A stretch of DNA of 64,000 nucleotides from Candidatus Omnitrophota bacterium. GTDB lineage: Bacteria; Omnitrophota; Gorgyraeia; Zapsychrales; JANLHA01. The DNA lies in the NCBI GenBank assembly GCA_029560465.1, contig JAKQKX010000062.1, forward strand, positions 3,836-67,835, given 5' to 3'. Both the position numbers and the translations under genes were made by a program. Each line of letters starts with the position of its first letter. The first letter of the stretch is position 1. Of this stretch, positions 28,304 to 39,029 are shown piece by piece. The notes under the pieces are model-generated. The model was not told the DNA's origin and made no database searches. It saw nothing but the letters and a program-made list of their open reading frames with translations.

Positions 28304-30079
28304 ATGATAAATCTTGATGGATATAAGCATATCGCGTTGATGGGCGGGGTTTTTTTCTGCTTGCTCATTCCCGCCGGGATAGCGGCCGAACGCCAGGACA
28401 TTGTTCATCAAGCGTTGAATGATTATGAATCTCTCCCTGTTGCCCCCGGACCTGTGACGGCGGGCTTAAATTCGGGTCCCCATGCCTCGGGGCAACCGGA
28501 CCGTTCTGGGCCCATGAAGAACGACGTGCTCCGCCGGCAGCTGGTCAAGATAGTCCATGGCCTGAACCCCCAGGATTTTTCAGAAGACGAAACGTACGCC
28601 GAGGTGATCGAAATCCGGCGTCCTGGGAACGAGGCCGTCCCGGAGCCTCCGGAGGAGGATGTTCCGGACGGGGGCAGGATTGATGTCCTCCAGATGAAAA
28701 ATGTCGACATTATGGATATTTTGAAGCTGATCTCCCAGAAGAGCGGGGTGAACATCATCACCGGCAAGGGCGTCAGCGGGAATGTTTCGATTTATCTGAA
28801 AGATGTGCGCTGGAAGGATGCCTTGCGGATTATCCTCGATTCGAACGGGCTTGCCTATAAAGACGAGGCAGGGATTTTGCATGTGATGCCGGCCGCTGAA
28901 TTCGAAAAACGTTACGGATACCGCTTCGGCGGGGATTTGAAAACCAGAATTATTCATCTGGATTATGCGGATGTCCAGGATATGGTGACGTTGTTAACGC
29001 AGATGAAGAGTTATCTGGGCAAGATCATCGCTGACGCGAAGTCTAATACCCTTGTTTTGACGGACTCGGGGGATGTTATTGCCGAGATGGAGCGGTTGAT
29101 TAAGCAGATTGATGTGCCGGTTATGACAAAAGTCTATGAGCTGAATTATGCCCAGGCGGAGGACCTGTCTCAGAAAGTCGCGGAGGTCTTGACGAAGAAT
29201 GTCGGCCGCGTGAAGCACGACGTGCGGTCCAACAAACTTATTGTCCGGGACACCCCCGTGTCTTTGGCGGAGATAGACAAACTTGTCCATTCATTTGACG
29301 TGCGGGAACAGCAGGTCCTGATAGAAGCCAAAATTTTGCAGGTCGTTTTGAGCGACCAGCATAAATTCGGGGTGGACTGGGAAGCGGTGGTCACGAAATA
29401 TCACAATCTTAATTTTAAGAATGATTTCAGTATTTTAAGCAGCAATGAAAAAAGCGGCACGGTGACGATTGGGACGCTGGCGAGCGATGATTACACGGCG
29501 CTGTTGGAGGCGCTGAAAACTGCCGGGGAGACTAATATCCTTTCTTCGCCCCGGATCACGGCCTTGAACAAGCAGGAGGCCAGGATTTTGGTTGGCTCCC
29601 AGGAACCTTACGTGACAACGACAACAACGACCCCGGCCAGCGGGCCGACGACAACGGCGGAAAGCATCAGTTTTATTGACGTGGGGATTAAGCTGTATGT
29701 GACCCCAACGATCCACCGGGATGATTTTATCACGATGAAGATCCGGCCGGAAGTCAGTTCCGTGACCCGGACGCTTACGACCAGTAATAATAACACCATT
29801 CCGGTCGTTGAAACTTCGGAAGCGGAAACCACGGTGATGATTAAAGATGGGGTGACGGTCATTATCGGGGGGCTTATCAAAGAGGAGACCATCAATTCCG
29901 AGAATAAAGTTCCGCTTCTGGGAGACATCCCCTTCCTGGGGCTTGCTTTTCGCAACGAAGACCATTTGACTCGAAAAACAGAAATCGTAATTTTCTTGAC
30001 CCCCCGGATTATGAGTGGGGATGTGTCCACGGCTCTGTCCCCGGAAGATTTTTCTTCCAGAGCGCCGGCGTCTTTTTAA
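28304..30079 (+). CDS. gspD: Type II secretion secretin GspD
   Basis: QVLIEAKILQV, GVDW, ILSSPRITALN, DVGIKLYVTP, IIGGLI, KVPLLGDIPFLGLAFR, EIVIFLTPRI. Confidence 0.92.
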   Translation: MINLDGYKHIALMGGVFFCLLIPAGIAAERQDIVHQALNDYESLPVAPGPVTAGLNSGPHASGQPDRSGPMKNDVLRRQLVKIVHGLNPQDFSEDETYAEVIEIRRPGNEAVPEPPEEDVPDGGRIDVLQMKNVDIMDILKLISQKSGVNIITGKGVSGNVSIYLKDVRWKDALRIILDSNGLAYKDEAGILHVMPAAEFEKRYGYRFGGDLKTRIIHLDYADVQDMVTLLTQMKSYLGKIIADAKSNTLVLTDSGDVIAEMERLIKQIDVPVMTKVYELNYAQAEDLSQKVAEVLTKNVGRVKHDVRSNKLIVRDTPVSLAEIDKLVHSFDVREQQVLIEAKILQVVLSDQHKFGVDWEAVVTKYHNLNFKNDFSILSSNEKSGTVTIGTLASDDYTALLEALKTAGETNILSSPRITALNKQEARILVGSQEPYVTTTTTTPASGPTTTAESISFIDVGIKLYVTPTIHRDDFITMKIRPEVSSVTRTLTTSNNNTIPVVETSEAETTVMIKDGVTVIIGGLIKEETINSENKVPLLGDIPFLGLAFRNEDHLTRKTEIVIFLTPRIMSGDVSTALSPEDFSSRAPASF

Positions 30080-30185
30080 TCCCTCATTTTTAAGAGGTGT
30101 GTCGGGCCCGGGAAAGCGGGTTTTCTCCCCTTTTCGCTGATTTTTCTTGTTTGTCTTTATGTGCAAACGTATAATGGATGCAATC

Positions 30186-31244
30186 ATGACCAGACGCATG
30201 GATCAGATCACCGCCTTAATACCTTTGAAACGCCCGTTAACTCTGCTGTGTCTTGCGGCTGCGCTTTTTTCCCTGTCCGGGTGCGTGACCGTTAGGACGC
30301 GGCCGGAACAGGCCGCATCCCTTCAGACCGTCTGTGAACAGAACGGAGTGAACTGGTATTGGGACAGCGTGTCCCAAGCGGTCACGATGAGCCGAGGGGC
30401 GTTGTCAGCCAGGGGGATGGTCGGCAGCGAAATCGTCGTTATTGACCAGCAGAAGATTTTCTTGAGTGAGCCCCTCAAGCGGCAGCGAGGGAGAATCCAA
30501 GTCCCTGCGGATTTTTACCGTAAAGTTATTTTGAACCTGTTAGGATCGGAAGGGACCGTATCCCTGCGGCCTTGCCGCATTATTCTTGACCCCGGGCACG
30601 GGGGCAAAGATCCCGGGGCTATTGGATCGGCGGGGACTTATGAAAAGGATATCGTTTTGGATATCGCCAAGCGGTTAAAGACGATTTTGGAGGGTTACCA
30701 GTACGACGTGAAGATGACGCGGGCTGATGACACGTTCATCCCGCTGGAGCAGCGCACCGAGATCGCCAGCCAGTTTGTCGCTGATCTTTTTATCAGCATT
30801 CACGCCAACGCGAGCACGACCAACAGGGCGTCCGGATTGGAAGTGTACGCGCTTAAGCAGCTGGATCGGCAGGAGCAGAAAGACCCGCAGCGGATTAAAA
30901 ACCTGGACATCCTTTTCCGTAAACTAGCCATGCAGAGGCAGGATAAGTCCGTGGAGAATATTGTCACAGACATGCTGTACAGTTATAAATCTTCGGAATC
31001 CTTTGCGTTGGCGCAGGCGATATCGGAAGAGGTGGAGCAGGACACGCGCGCCCGCAATCGGGGCGTGTACAAGGCCGGTTTTTTTGTGTTAAGGAACACA
31101 TTGATGCCCGCTGTTCTGGTTGAAGTGGGATTCCTTTCCAACGCCCGGGAAGAACGCCAGCTGAATTCTAACCAGTATCGGCAAAAGATCGCGGAAGGCA
31201 TTGCCCGAAGTTTAAGGGAATACATCACCCGCTTGAGTTATTAA
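30186..31244 (+). CDS. N-acetylmuramoyl-L-alanine amidase (Amidase_3), probable lipoprotein
   Basis: LSGC lipobox; IILDPGHGGKDPGA, EKDIVL, FISIHANA, PAVLVEVGF. Confidence 0.92.
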   Translation: MTRRMDQITALIPLKRPLTLLCLAAALFSLSGCVTVRTRPEQAASLQTVCEQNGVNWYWDSVSQAVTMSRGALSARGMVGSEIVVIDQQKIFLSEPLKRQRGRIQVPADFYRKVILNLLGSEGTVSLRPCRIILDPGHGGKDPGAIGSAGTYEKDIVLDIAKRLKTILEGYQYDVKMTRADDTFIPLEQRTEIASQFVADLFISIHANASTTNRASGLEVYALKQLDRQEQKDPQRIKNLDILFRKLAMQRQDKSVENIVTDMLYSYKSSESFALAQAISEEVEQDTRARNRGVYKAGFFVLRNTLMPAVLVEVGFLSNAREERQLNSNQYRQKIAEGIARSLREYITRLSY

Positions 31245-31285
31245 AAAGTATAGCCCCCTGGGCCCCTGAAACAAAGCGAGAAGCC

Positions 31286-32089
31286 ATGAAAAGAGACAAA
31301 CCCATAGGAGTGTTCGATTCCGGGCTGGGCGGCCTGACGGTCATGAAAGCCGTGATACGCCAGCTGCCTTTTGAGGATATTGTGTATTTAGGAGACACGG
31401 CCCGGGTGCCCTATGGGACCAAGTCTAAAGAAGCGATCATAAGGTTCTCGCTTGAGAATGCGTCTGTGTTGATGAAGCATCATGTTAAAATGATCGTGGT
31501 CGCCTGCAATTCTTCTTCGAGCTATGCTTTGGAGTCGCTCCGGGAAAAGTTTCCGGTTCCGGTGGTCGGCGTCATTGAATCGGGGGTGACCCGGGCCGTG
31601 GGCATGACCCGGAATAATCGGATCGGGGTTATCGCGACCCAGGCCACCATCAGCAGCGGCTCTTACGCGCGGCTCATTTCCCGGGTGAGCCCCGGCGTGA
31701 AAGTGGTTAGTCAGGCGTGCCCGCTTTTCGTCCCGCTGGTGGAAGAAGGGTGGGTTAAGAGGGCGGTGACCCGTCAGGTGGCGCAGGAATATTTGAAAAA
31801 GATAAAATGCGGCCGGGTGGACACGCTTATTCTGGGATGCACGCATTATCCTTTGCTGAAGGCTGTTATTACGGGCATCCTGGGGCGGGGGGTTTCCATC
31901 GTGGATTCTGCTTTGGAAGTCAGCAAGCTGGTTAAGGCGCTTTTGGATGAGCGGAGCGCGGGCCGGGATACCCGGCGGGCACCGCGATATCAATTCCTGG
32001 TCAGCGATCAGCCGGAGCATTTTCAGAAGCTGGCAAGAAGGTTTTTGGGGTACGATATTCAAGAGGTGAGAAGAATTGAATTATCATAA
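31286..32089 (+). CDS. murI: Glutamate racemase
   Basis: GVFDSGLGGLTV, DTARVPYG, VACNSSS, LGCTHYP. Confidence 0.95.
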   Translation: MKRDKPIGVFDSGLGGLTVMKAVIRQLPFEDIVYLGDTARVPYGTKSKEAIIRFSLENASVLMKHHVKMIVVACNSSSSYALESLREKFPVPVVGVIESGVTRAVGMTRNNRIGVIATQATISSGSYARLISRVSPGVKVVSQACPLFVPLVEEGWVKRAVTRQVAQEYLKKIKCGRVDTLILGCTHYPLLKAVITGILGRGVSIVDSALEVSKLVKALLDERSAGRDTRRAPRYQFLVSDQPEHFQKLARRFLGYDIQEVRRIELS

Positions 32090-32101
32090 TGAGGTGTGGG
32101 C

Positions 32102-32464
32102 ATGTACGAATTAACCATTGGCGGTGATTTTGCTGCGGCGCATTTCTTAGCGGGGTATGACGGCTCCTGCAAAGAGCTGCACGGTCATACTTGGAAATTA
32201 GAAGTGACGATTCAGGCTGAAGACCTGAACAGCATCGGGTTGGTTATGGATTTTCAGGATTTGAAAAAGAGACTCAATGCTTTTTTAAAGCAGCTGGATC
32301 ACGGCTGCCTCAATCATCTGCCGGCTTTTCAGGAACAAAATCCAACGACGGAAAATTTGGCCCGGTTTGTTTATCAGGGTTTTGCCCGGGAATGCGCGCC
32401 TTTTCGGATCAAGCATGTCCGGATATGGGAGTCGGAGAAAGCCAGTGTCACGTATTATGAATAG
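32102..32464 (+). CDS. queD: 6-carboxy-5,6,7,8-tetrahydropterin synthase
   Basis: FAAAH, CKELHGHTW, LDH, PTTENLA, WES. Confidence 0.93.
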   Translation: MYELTIGGDFAAAHFLAGYDGSCKELHGHTWKLEVTIQAEDLNSIGLVMDFQDLKKRLNAFLKQLDHGCLNHLPAFQEQNPTTENLARFVYQGFARECAPFRIKHVRIWESEKASVTYYE

Positions 32465-33191
32465 GAAACCCTGTCTTTCCCCGCTGGTGGCAAAATCGCG
32501 GCAACGCCCGGCCTCGGAAAAACGGGCCGTCGTCTTGCTGTCGGGAGGGCTGGATTCCGCGACCACACTTTTTTATGCTTTAAAACAAGGATACCGTCCG
32601 CGGTGCCTCATTTTTGATTATGGGCAGATTCACCGCAAAGAAATCCGGCAGGCAGCGAAAATCGCCCGGTACGCGAGGTGCCCTTGTGAAACGGTCCGCA
32701 TCTCCTTGCCCTGGGGCGGTTCCGCCCTTTTGGACAAAAGCATCCCGGTCCCGCATCATCGTTCCGGGGGATCAGCCCGCATTCCCGTCACGTATGTCCC
32801 GGCCCGGAATATTATTTTTTTAAGTTTTGCCGTTTCTTTCGCGGAAGCGATTGGTGCCCAGACTGTTTTTATCGGGGCCAACGCGGTCGACTATTCCGGG
32901 TATCCCGACTGCCGGCCGGAATTTTATGAGGCTTTCGGCCGGGTTTTGGAATGCGGGTTAAAATCAGGCGTTGAAAATAAACCGGTCAAGGTTGAAACCC
33001 CGCTGTTGAATATGAGTAAAGCCCAAATTATTCAAATGGGCCTGCAATGGCACGTTCCTTATCATTTGACGTGGTCCTGTTACAAGGGGGGGGCAACCCC
33101 CTGCGGGACGTGTGACAGCTGCTTTTTGCGCGCGAAAGGGTTTCAGGCTTCGGGTATCCCCGATCCCCTCTTGAAATCTAAAAGACCATGA
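32457..33191 (+). CDS. queC: 7-cyano-7-deazaguanine synthase
   Basis: LSGGLDS, FDYGQ, TYVPARN, DYSGYPDCR, TWSCY...CGTCDSC. Confidence 0.95.
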   Translation: MNRKPCLSPLVAKSRQRPASEKRAVVLLSGGLDSATTLFYALKQGYRPRCLIFDYGQIHRKEIRQAAKIARYARCPCETVRISLPWGGSALLDKSIPVPHHRSGGSARIPVTYVPARNIIFLSFAVSFAEAIGAQTVFIGANAVDYSGYPDCRPEFYEAFGRVLECGLKSGVENKPVKVETPLLNMSKAQIIQMGLQWHVPYHLTWSCYKGGATPCGTCDSCFLRAKGFQASGIPDPLLKSKRP

Positions 33192-33895
33192 TGAAGAACA
33201 GGACCGCCCCGGTCACCGAGATATTTTCTTCTCTGCAAGGGGAAGGCCCTTACGCGGGGGTCAAACAAGTTTTTGTGAGGTTTTATGACTGCAATATGCG
33301 TTGCCGGTGGTGCGACACGCCGCAGTCTCTCCCGGAACACGCGGCGCGGCCCCCGGAACAGGACACACAACAGGTTTTTCAGCAAGTAGTGTCTTTATGG
33401 GGGCATTGTCATTCAGTGAGCCTGACCGGAGGGGAGCCCCTTTTACAGGCGCCGTTTCTTCAAAATCTGTTGCCCCGATTCAGAAAATCCGGCATGCCGG
33501 TTTATCTTGACACGAACGGGATTTTATTTGCCGAGCTTGAAGCCGTTATCCCGGATGTGGATATTATTGCTATGGATATTAAACTGCCCAGTTCAACCGG
33601 CGAGCGGGAGTATTGGAGGGAGCACGAACAGTTTCTACACATCGCCCAAAACAGGCCGGTTCAGGTTTTTATCAAGACCGTTGTTTCACGGACAACGGAC
33701 AAAGCCGATATGATTAAAGCTGCGGAACTGATCGCGCGCCAGGATGCGGGCCTTTTGATGGTCATTCAGCCGTGTTCTCAAGACCGGGAGGCGGGTGCCT
33801 TGGAGCGATGCCTGGAGTATCAGGATTGTTGTCTGGAAATTATTTCTAACGTCAGGGTCCTGCCGCAATGGCACACGTTGATGAATTTGCGGTAA
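33188..33895 (+). CDS. queE: 7-carboxy-7-deazaguanine synthase (radical SAM)
   Basis: EIFSSLQGEG, FVRF, CNMRCRWCDT, LTGGEP, PQWH. Confidence 0.93.
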   Translation: MMKNRTAPVTEIFSSLQGEGPYAGVKQVFVRFYDCNMRCRWCDTPQSLPEHAARPPEQDTQQVFQQVVSLWGHCHSVSLTGGEPLLQAPFLQNLLPRFRKSGMPVYLDTNGILFAELEAVIPDVDIIAMDIKLPSSTGEREYWREHEQFLHIAQNRPVQVFIKTVVSRTTDKADMIKAAELIARQDAGLLMVIQPCSQDREAGALERCLEYQDCCLEIISNVRVLPQWHTLMNLR

Positions 33896-33922
33896 AGATC
33901 ATCGGGAAGGAGGGGCGGAAGG

Positions 33923-34342
33923 ATGAAGAGAAAAAGCGCATACGAAGGGCTGCAGGCCGGTGTTCGGACCATACCGTTACCTGACATTGACGTGTGGGAG
34001 AACCAGTACGCGGACCGGACGTATCTGGTTGACCTTGAAATACCCGAATTCACGTGTATCTGCCCTAAGACCGGGTTGCCGGATTTTGCCTCGGTGCGGG
34101 TGTCTTATGAGCCGCGGCAGTGGTGTCTGGAACTCAAATCGTTTAAAATGTATATCGTCGCTTATCGGAATTTGGGCATTTTTCATGAACATTTGGTGAA
34201 CAGGATTTTGGATGATATTGTGAAAGCGTGCCATCCCCGGCGGGCCAAAGTGGCGGCGGTGATGAACCCGCGCGGAGGGATTACCACCACGGTGACGGCT
34301 GAATATCAAGGCCGGGCGACGAGAGGCGCGGGTAAGAAATAA
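33923..34342 (+). CDS. queF: preQ0 reductase QueF (unimodular type I)
   Basis: [31 protein letters not shown]. Confidence 0.93.
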   Translation: MKRKSAYEGLQAGVRTIPLPDIDVWENQYADRTYLVDLEIPEFTCICPKTGLPDFASVRVSYEPRQWCLELKSFKMYIVAYRNLGIFHEHLVNRILDDIVKACHPRRAKVAAVMNPRGGITTTVTAEYQGRATRGAGKK

Positions 34343-34373
34343 TTTAAGCGGCGTTTTGATGAAAGGGGGTTGC

Positions 34374-35087
34374 ATGAGATCTGACGGGCGTTCCCGGACA
34401 CAGTTGCGGAAGATTAGAGTCGTAAAAAATTACACCAAATACGCGGAAGGGTGCTGCCTTATTGAATCCGGCCAGACGCGGGTTCTTTGCGCAGCCACGG
34501 TCGAGGAGGGAGTGCCGCCGTTTCTGAAAAATACCGGGAACGGATGGGTGACAGCGGAGTATGGGATGCTGCCGCGGTCCTGTTCAAGCCGGATTAAGCG
34601 CAACGACACCGGTGGCCGCGTGCATGAGATTCAGCGGCTGATCGGCCGGTCGCTGCGGTCGGTGGTTGACCGGGGCCAGTTGGGCGAACGCACGGTTAAA
34701 GTGGATTGTGATGTCATCCAGGCTGACGGCGGGACCCGGACGGCCGCGATCACCGGCGGGTTCATCGCGCTTGCGTTAGCTTTGAAGCGTTTGAAAAAAC
34801 AAAAGGTCCTCAAAAACATCCCGCTGAAAGATTACGTCGCTGCGGTCAGCGTCGGGATCGTGGAGGGGGAGCTGCTTTTAGACCTGAATTATGAAGAGGA
34901 TTCCAGGGCGGATGTGGATATGAATGTCGTTATGCTGGGCCGGGGTGATTTTGTGGAGGTGCAAGGAACAGCGGAGCGGGAACCTTTTTCAAAAGCGCAA
35001 GCCGGCCAGATGTTAACCCTGGCTCAGGAGGGGATTCAAGACCTGATACGGATTCAAAAACGTCACTTGGGGGCGCTTTTGCCTTAG
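34374..35087 (+). CDS. rph: Ribonuclease PH
   Basis: [49 protein letters not shown]. Confidence 0.95.
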   Translation: MRSDGRSRTQLRKIRVVKNYTKYAEGCCLIESGQTRVLCAATVEEGVPPFLKNTGNGWVTAEYGMLPRSCSSRIKRNDTGGRVHEIQRLIGRSLRSVVDRGQLGERTVKVDCDVIQADGGTRTAAITGGFIALALALKRLKKQKVLKNIPLKDYVAAVSVGIVEGELLLDLNYEEDSRADVDMNVVMLGRGDFVEVQGTAEREPFSKAQAGQMLTLAQEGIQDLIRIQKRHLGALLP

Positions 35088-35147
35088 GGGCGATCGCGCG
35101 CGCCGCTTCGGTCCTTTGGCAGATGAGCGGCAGACTGGCACATATCC

Positions 35148-35744
35148 ATGAGAGAATTACTTATTGCGACGACGAACAAAGGAAAGATGAGGGAAATTAA
35201 AGCCCTTTTGGCCGGGATGCCTTTTAAGATCACGTCGTTGGCGGATTATCCGGACATCCCGGCGGTTGTGGAAGACGGCGCCACTTTTAAGAGCAATGCG
35301 TTAAAAAAGGCGCTGACGGTCGCCCGGGTGACCGGGACGTTGACCATGGGGGAGGACTCCGGCTTGGAGATCCGCGCTTTGGATAACCGTCCGGGGGTTT
35401 ATTCCGCCCGGTTTTCCGGGCTGCTGGCAGATGACAGGAAAAACAATTTAAAAGTCCTGCGGTTATTACGGGGCGTCCCCGCTGACCAACGGCAGGCGCG
35501 TTACCGTTGCTGCATCGCCCTCGCCGACGGCCAAGGGGTTGTGGCGGTGGTGAGCGGGTCTTGCGCCGGTTCTATTGCGGCCCGCGCCCGGGGCACGAAC
35601 GGATTTGGATATGACCCCCTTTTTCTTGTTCCCCGTTATCAGAAAACTTTCGGTGAACTGGATCCGGCCGTTAAATCCCGGTTGAGCCACCGGGCCAAAG
35701 CTTTAAAAAAGTTGAAAATTCTGCTTGAACGCTATATTAATTAG
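35148..35744 (+). CDS. rdgB: Non-canonical purine NTP pyrophosphatase (RdgB/HAM1)
   Basis: ATTNKGKMRE, EDSGL, PGVYSARF, GFGYDPLF, SHRAKA. Confidence 0.95.
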   Translation: MRELLIATTNKGKMREIKALLAGMPFKITSLADYPDIPAVVEDGATFKSNALKKALTVARVTGTLTMGEDSGLEIRALDNRPGVYSARFSGLLADDRKNNLKVLRLLRGVPADQRQARYRCCIALADGQGVVAVVSGSCAGSIAARARGTNGFGYDPLFLVPRYQKTFGELDPAVKSRLSHRAKALKKLKILLERYIN

Positions 35745-35768
35745 AAACCTTGTTGTGTGAGAGGGGAA

Positions 35769-38700
35769 TCACTGCAGGATTTCTTCAAAGATTCCCTGCA
35801 CGCCTTCCAGAATCCCTTCCGCTGTTTTCTTGAGGAGTCTGGTTGGAAAATTTTCAACAGTGCGGACCGGGTTATCCATTGTGCCTCTAATTTTAATGTT
35901 GATATACCCGTCCGTCTGGGAGATGAGGGCCGTTGGAATTTTTTTAAGCGAATCCGACCGCAGGATTTCTGTTTCGTAGAGTCTCGGTACGATATCCCAT
36001 GAAATATTTTTATTCCTGTCAATCCATCCTTTGCCCCGCAGTTCCATCTGTTTACTCTGCAGGAGCAGGTTCTCTGTCGATATCCGGTTGTTTTTAATGG
36101 TGACGTCCGCGCGCCCCTCCGTGAACACAACGTTTTCCAGCTCGGGGATGAACAAGAGTTTGCCCAGCCCTTTTAGAAAACTTAGCGTCCACAGATGGCC
36201 ATTGAGAATGGCCAGGGACCCCTGTCCGGTAATTCCTTCTGACTTGAGCAGGGGGCCTTCCGCCTGCAGACGGGAAGACAGTGTCCCGGCCAGGTTCAAT
36301 TTTCCCCACCGGGGATTTTGGCACACCTGTGCCAGGTCGACCTGATTCATGGTGATAGAAAATTTTCCGGGGAAGGTTGGCTCCGAGATGTCAAGCAGGG
36401 AGTTTATGGTCAGGTCCCCGCCGTAGAGTGTGCCGGAAAAATTGATTTTGCTTTGCGTGGAGCGGGTGCGTTGAACGATAAGATTGCCACGGTTGAACGC
36501 TATGCCGGCCACCGAGCAATTTGTCCCGGAAACGTTGAGATCCGTTACGCCGGCCATCCAGTCTCTGATGTCGCCGTCAAAGAGGGCCTTCCCGGAAACA
36601 GTCCCCTGGAGCGCCAGCGGCGCGACTTTTTCCCGTAACGCCGGGTTGTTGATGCGTTCCAAATCTTCCAAATTGATGGAGAAAGCCGTCTTGAGGTTTA
36701 AATGGACCGGAGCAGACGACTTCAGGAAGGCCTGGCCGTTGATGTTGAATTTTGATTGATAATAAATTCCAGCAAAAGTGTCGATTCCGATGGTGTCTTT
36801 ATTGACGTTCAGTTTGACAGACGCCTGCAAATCGGGGGCTAAGACCGTGGTCGCGATGAGGGGGCGGTCGAACTGGCTGATCTCCCCGTTGAGGGTGAAC
36901 GGCGTCTTGAAATACGTTACAGATAGGTCGGTCCAGTGCAGCGTGCCGTCTTTATACCGGAGAAATCCGGAAATTCCGGTTGCGGGTTCTGGCCACCGGG
37001 GAGACTGGACTTGCACGCCATTAAGATGGGCGTTGATTTCGAGCTGGGCTTCTTCCGGGAAGGCGGTGGGGCCGGTAAAGCTGACCTCAACCGCGGCTTT
37101 CCCTTCCGGAGAGACATTGAAATCTTCTAATTGTTTCTTAAAAAAAGTTTTCAGCAGAGCCAAGTCGAAATCCTTCGCGCTGACGACCACGCCGATAAAC
37201 GGGCTATCGAAATTGCTGAGGGAGCCGCTTAGGAACAAAGGAGTCCCGTGAGCTTCGAAGGACAGGTTGGACGTCTTCATCCGGTTGCGCGTGAATTCAA
37301 CGACCCCGTTGATGTCGGTCAGGGGGCCGGCTTGAGGCAAGCCGGAAAGAGAAGCCTTATTCAGGCGCGCTTTCCCGACACAGACCCAGGGTTGCGGGTC
37401 GTCCGGGAAGTATTGGACCGTGAGTTCGACCTGTGGGTTGCCGGAAAGCAGAAAATTATCATCTTCATCAACAAAGCCCGCATTTAATTGTGTGCTTTCA
37501 ATTGTCGTGCTTAAACTGAAATTCCTGTCAACGATTTGGAGCACGGACAATTTGCACTGCAAAGCCTCTGCCGAAATTTCTTTTTGTTTCATTTGGGCCG
37601 AAACGGAGCGCCATGAAGGGGAAAACGTCACGTCCACGTTTTGTCCTTTCCGGCTGAAAACGATGGGGGAGGACAGGGCTTCGGTGTTGACCGCCAGGCC
37701 CGGCGCCAGAATTTTAACGTTTGAGGCCGACACCTCCCCGTTCAGGATATTGGTGTACAGTTCCTGATGATAATGGAAACCATTCAGCCGGGCGGTGCTG
37801 AAAGACAAGGAGGTCTGGGCGGAAGGATTCAGGTAGCCCGGAGTGAGCTGGAGGTCCCCTTGGATAACGAGGCTGTCTTCCGTCATGGAATAGACCAGCG
37901 GTTTGGCGTTCAGGGAGATATTCCCCTGCACGATTTTTTGATTGTCATGGGAAATTTCCGCTTTGTCAAGAACGATGCCGCCGCGATAATTTAATGTTTG
38001 GCCGGCATATTTAAAGTCCGCGTTTTGCAAGGCCAGCGTCCCTTTAATGACGTGGGTGTGGACGCCGATGTCCAAGTCCCCGGACAGAGATCCGGTAACC
38101 TGCCAGGCTTTTCCCAGGGCTCCGGACACATTAAGATCCGCTGCCGCTATGGCCACCCGGACCGGGCGGAATTTTTCTGTGTGGATGAACATTTTCAGCA
38201 CAGGGAGGGTGTCAACGTTGGATGTCGTAACATTCCCCTGCCAGGATTTTTGCGCGGGATTAAAACGGCCCCGCAGGGAGACCATCGCCGTTGGCCCGCC
38301 TAATTGGGCTTTGAGCTGGAATTCAATCCCTTTGCTCAAAGATAACCGGCAATCGGCACTGACGTTATCCGCCAGAATTTTAAGGTTCGGGTCTGTTTTC
38401 AAGTCATTGATTTCAGCCTGGCCGCCGCTGATCTGGATCCTGCCGAGCAGCACAGGAAAAGGGCTCTTGGCGGAACTGATTCTCGTTTGGAGCAGATCGG
38501 AAAGATTCCACAGCCCATTCGGATAGCGGATAATATGGACAAAAGGCTGCTTAACCGTCACGGTAGGGATTATAATTTGTTGGCGCTGAAGAAGCGGGGC
38601 AAAAAGGATTTTAAAGCGCGCTTCTTTAATGTGCATAAGCGGAAGGTTCGGGTCGTCTTTCCGGAAGATTACAAAATCTTTGACAATGAAGCCTTTGAAG

Positions 38701-38870
38701 GGGTGATAATAAATATGGGCGAATTTGACGTCTTGGTTGAAAGTTTTTTGGGCCGTTTCGTAAACAATTTCTTTAAATTGGACCGGCAGAAAAATATTGT
38801 TAATATAATAAAATCCGGAAAAAGCGATCAGGATGATAATAACGATGATGAGGATAGGTTTTTTAATCAT
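35769..38870 (-). CDS. AsmA/DUF748-like beta-rich periplasmic protein
   Basis: N-terminal TM anchor, NGLWNLSDL, about 1030 aa of beta repeats, C-terminal IKIRGTMDNP. Confidence 0.78.
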   Translation of the reverse strand: MIKKPILIIVIIILIAFSGFYYINNIFLPVQFKEIVYETAQKTFNQDVKFAHIYYHPFKGFIVKDFVIFRKDDPNLPLMHIKEARFKILFAPLLQRQQIIIPTVTVKQPFVHIIRYPNGLWNLSDLLQTRISSAKSPFPVLLGRIQISGGQAEINDLKTDPNLKILADNVSADCRLSLSKGIEFQLKAQLGGPTAMVSLRGRFNPAQKSWQGNVTTSNVDTLPVLKMFIHTEKFRPVRVAIAAADLNVSGALGKAWQVTGSLSGDLDIGVHTHVIKGTLALQNADFKYAGQTLNYRGGIVLDKAEISHDNQKIVQGNISLNAKPLVYSMTEDSLVIQGDLQLTPGYLNPSAQTSLSFSTARLNGFHYHQELYTNILNGEVSASNVKILAPGLAVNTEALSSPIVFSRKGQNVDVTFSPSWRSVSAQMKQKEISAEALQCKLSVLQIVDRNFSLSTTIESTQLNAGFVDEDDNFLLSGNPQVELTVQYFPDDPQPWVCVGKARLNKASLSGLPQAGPLTDINGVVEFTRNRMKTSNLSFEAHGTPLFLSGSLSNFDSPFIGVVVSAKDFDLALLKTFFKKQLEDFNVSPEGKAAVEVSFTGPTAFPEEAQLEINAHLNGVQVQSPRWPEPATGISGFLRYKDGTLHWTDLSVTYFKTPFTLNGEISQFDRPLIATTVLAPDLQASVKLNVNKDTIGIDTFAGIYYQSKFNINGQAFLKSSAPVHLNLKTAFSINLEDLERINNPALREKVAPLALQGTVSGKALFDGDIRDWMAGVTDLNVSGTNCSVAGIAFNRGNLIVQRTRSTQSKINFSGTLYGGDLTINSLLDISEPTFPGKFSITMNQVDLAQVCQNPRWGKLNLAGTLSSRLQAEGPLLKSEGITGQGSLAILNGHLWTLSFLKGLGKLLFIPELENVVFTEGRADVTIKNNRISTENLLLQSKQMELRGKGWIDRNKNISWDIVPRLYETEILRSDSLKKIPTALISQTDGYINIKIRGTMDNPVRTVENFPTRLLKKTAEGILEGVQGIFEEILQ

Positions 38871-39029
38871 AGCCCATATTATAACATAACTGGGCTTTTG
38901 CACAAATTTATCCCGTAGGCTTGGGCCGATGGGGGGCGGCTGGCGCGGAAGTTTTAACTGTGGACAGAGGCGGGGAGCCATATTATTATGGAGGTTGAAA
39001 AACCTCTAGGCACTCGGGAAAAGGGGAGA

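Noticed and set aside
32102-34342. que genes as a 7-deazaguanine DNA-modification (dpd) system
   Set aside because: queF is present, no dpdA/tgt paralog is nearby, and the context is housekeeping (murI, rph, rdgB), so ordinary queuosine synthesis
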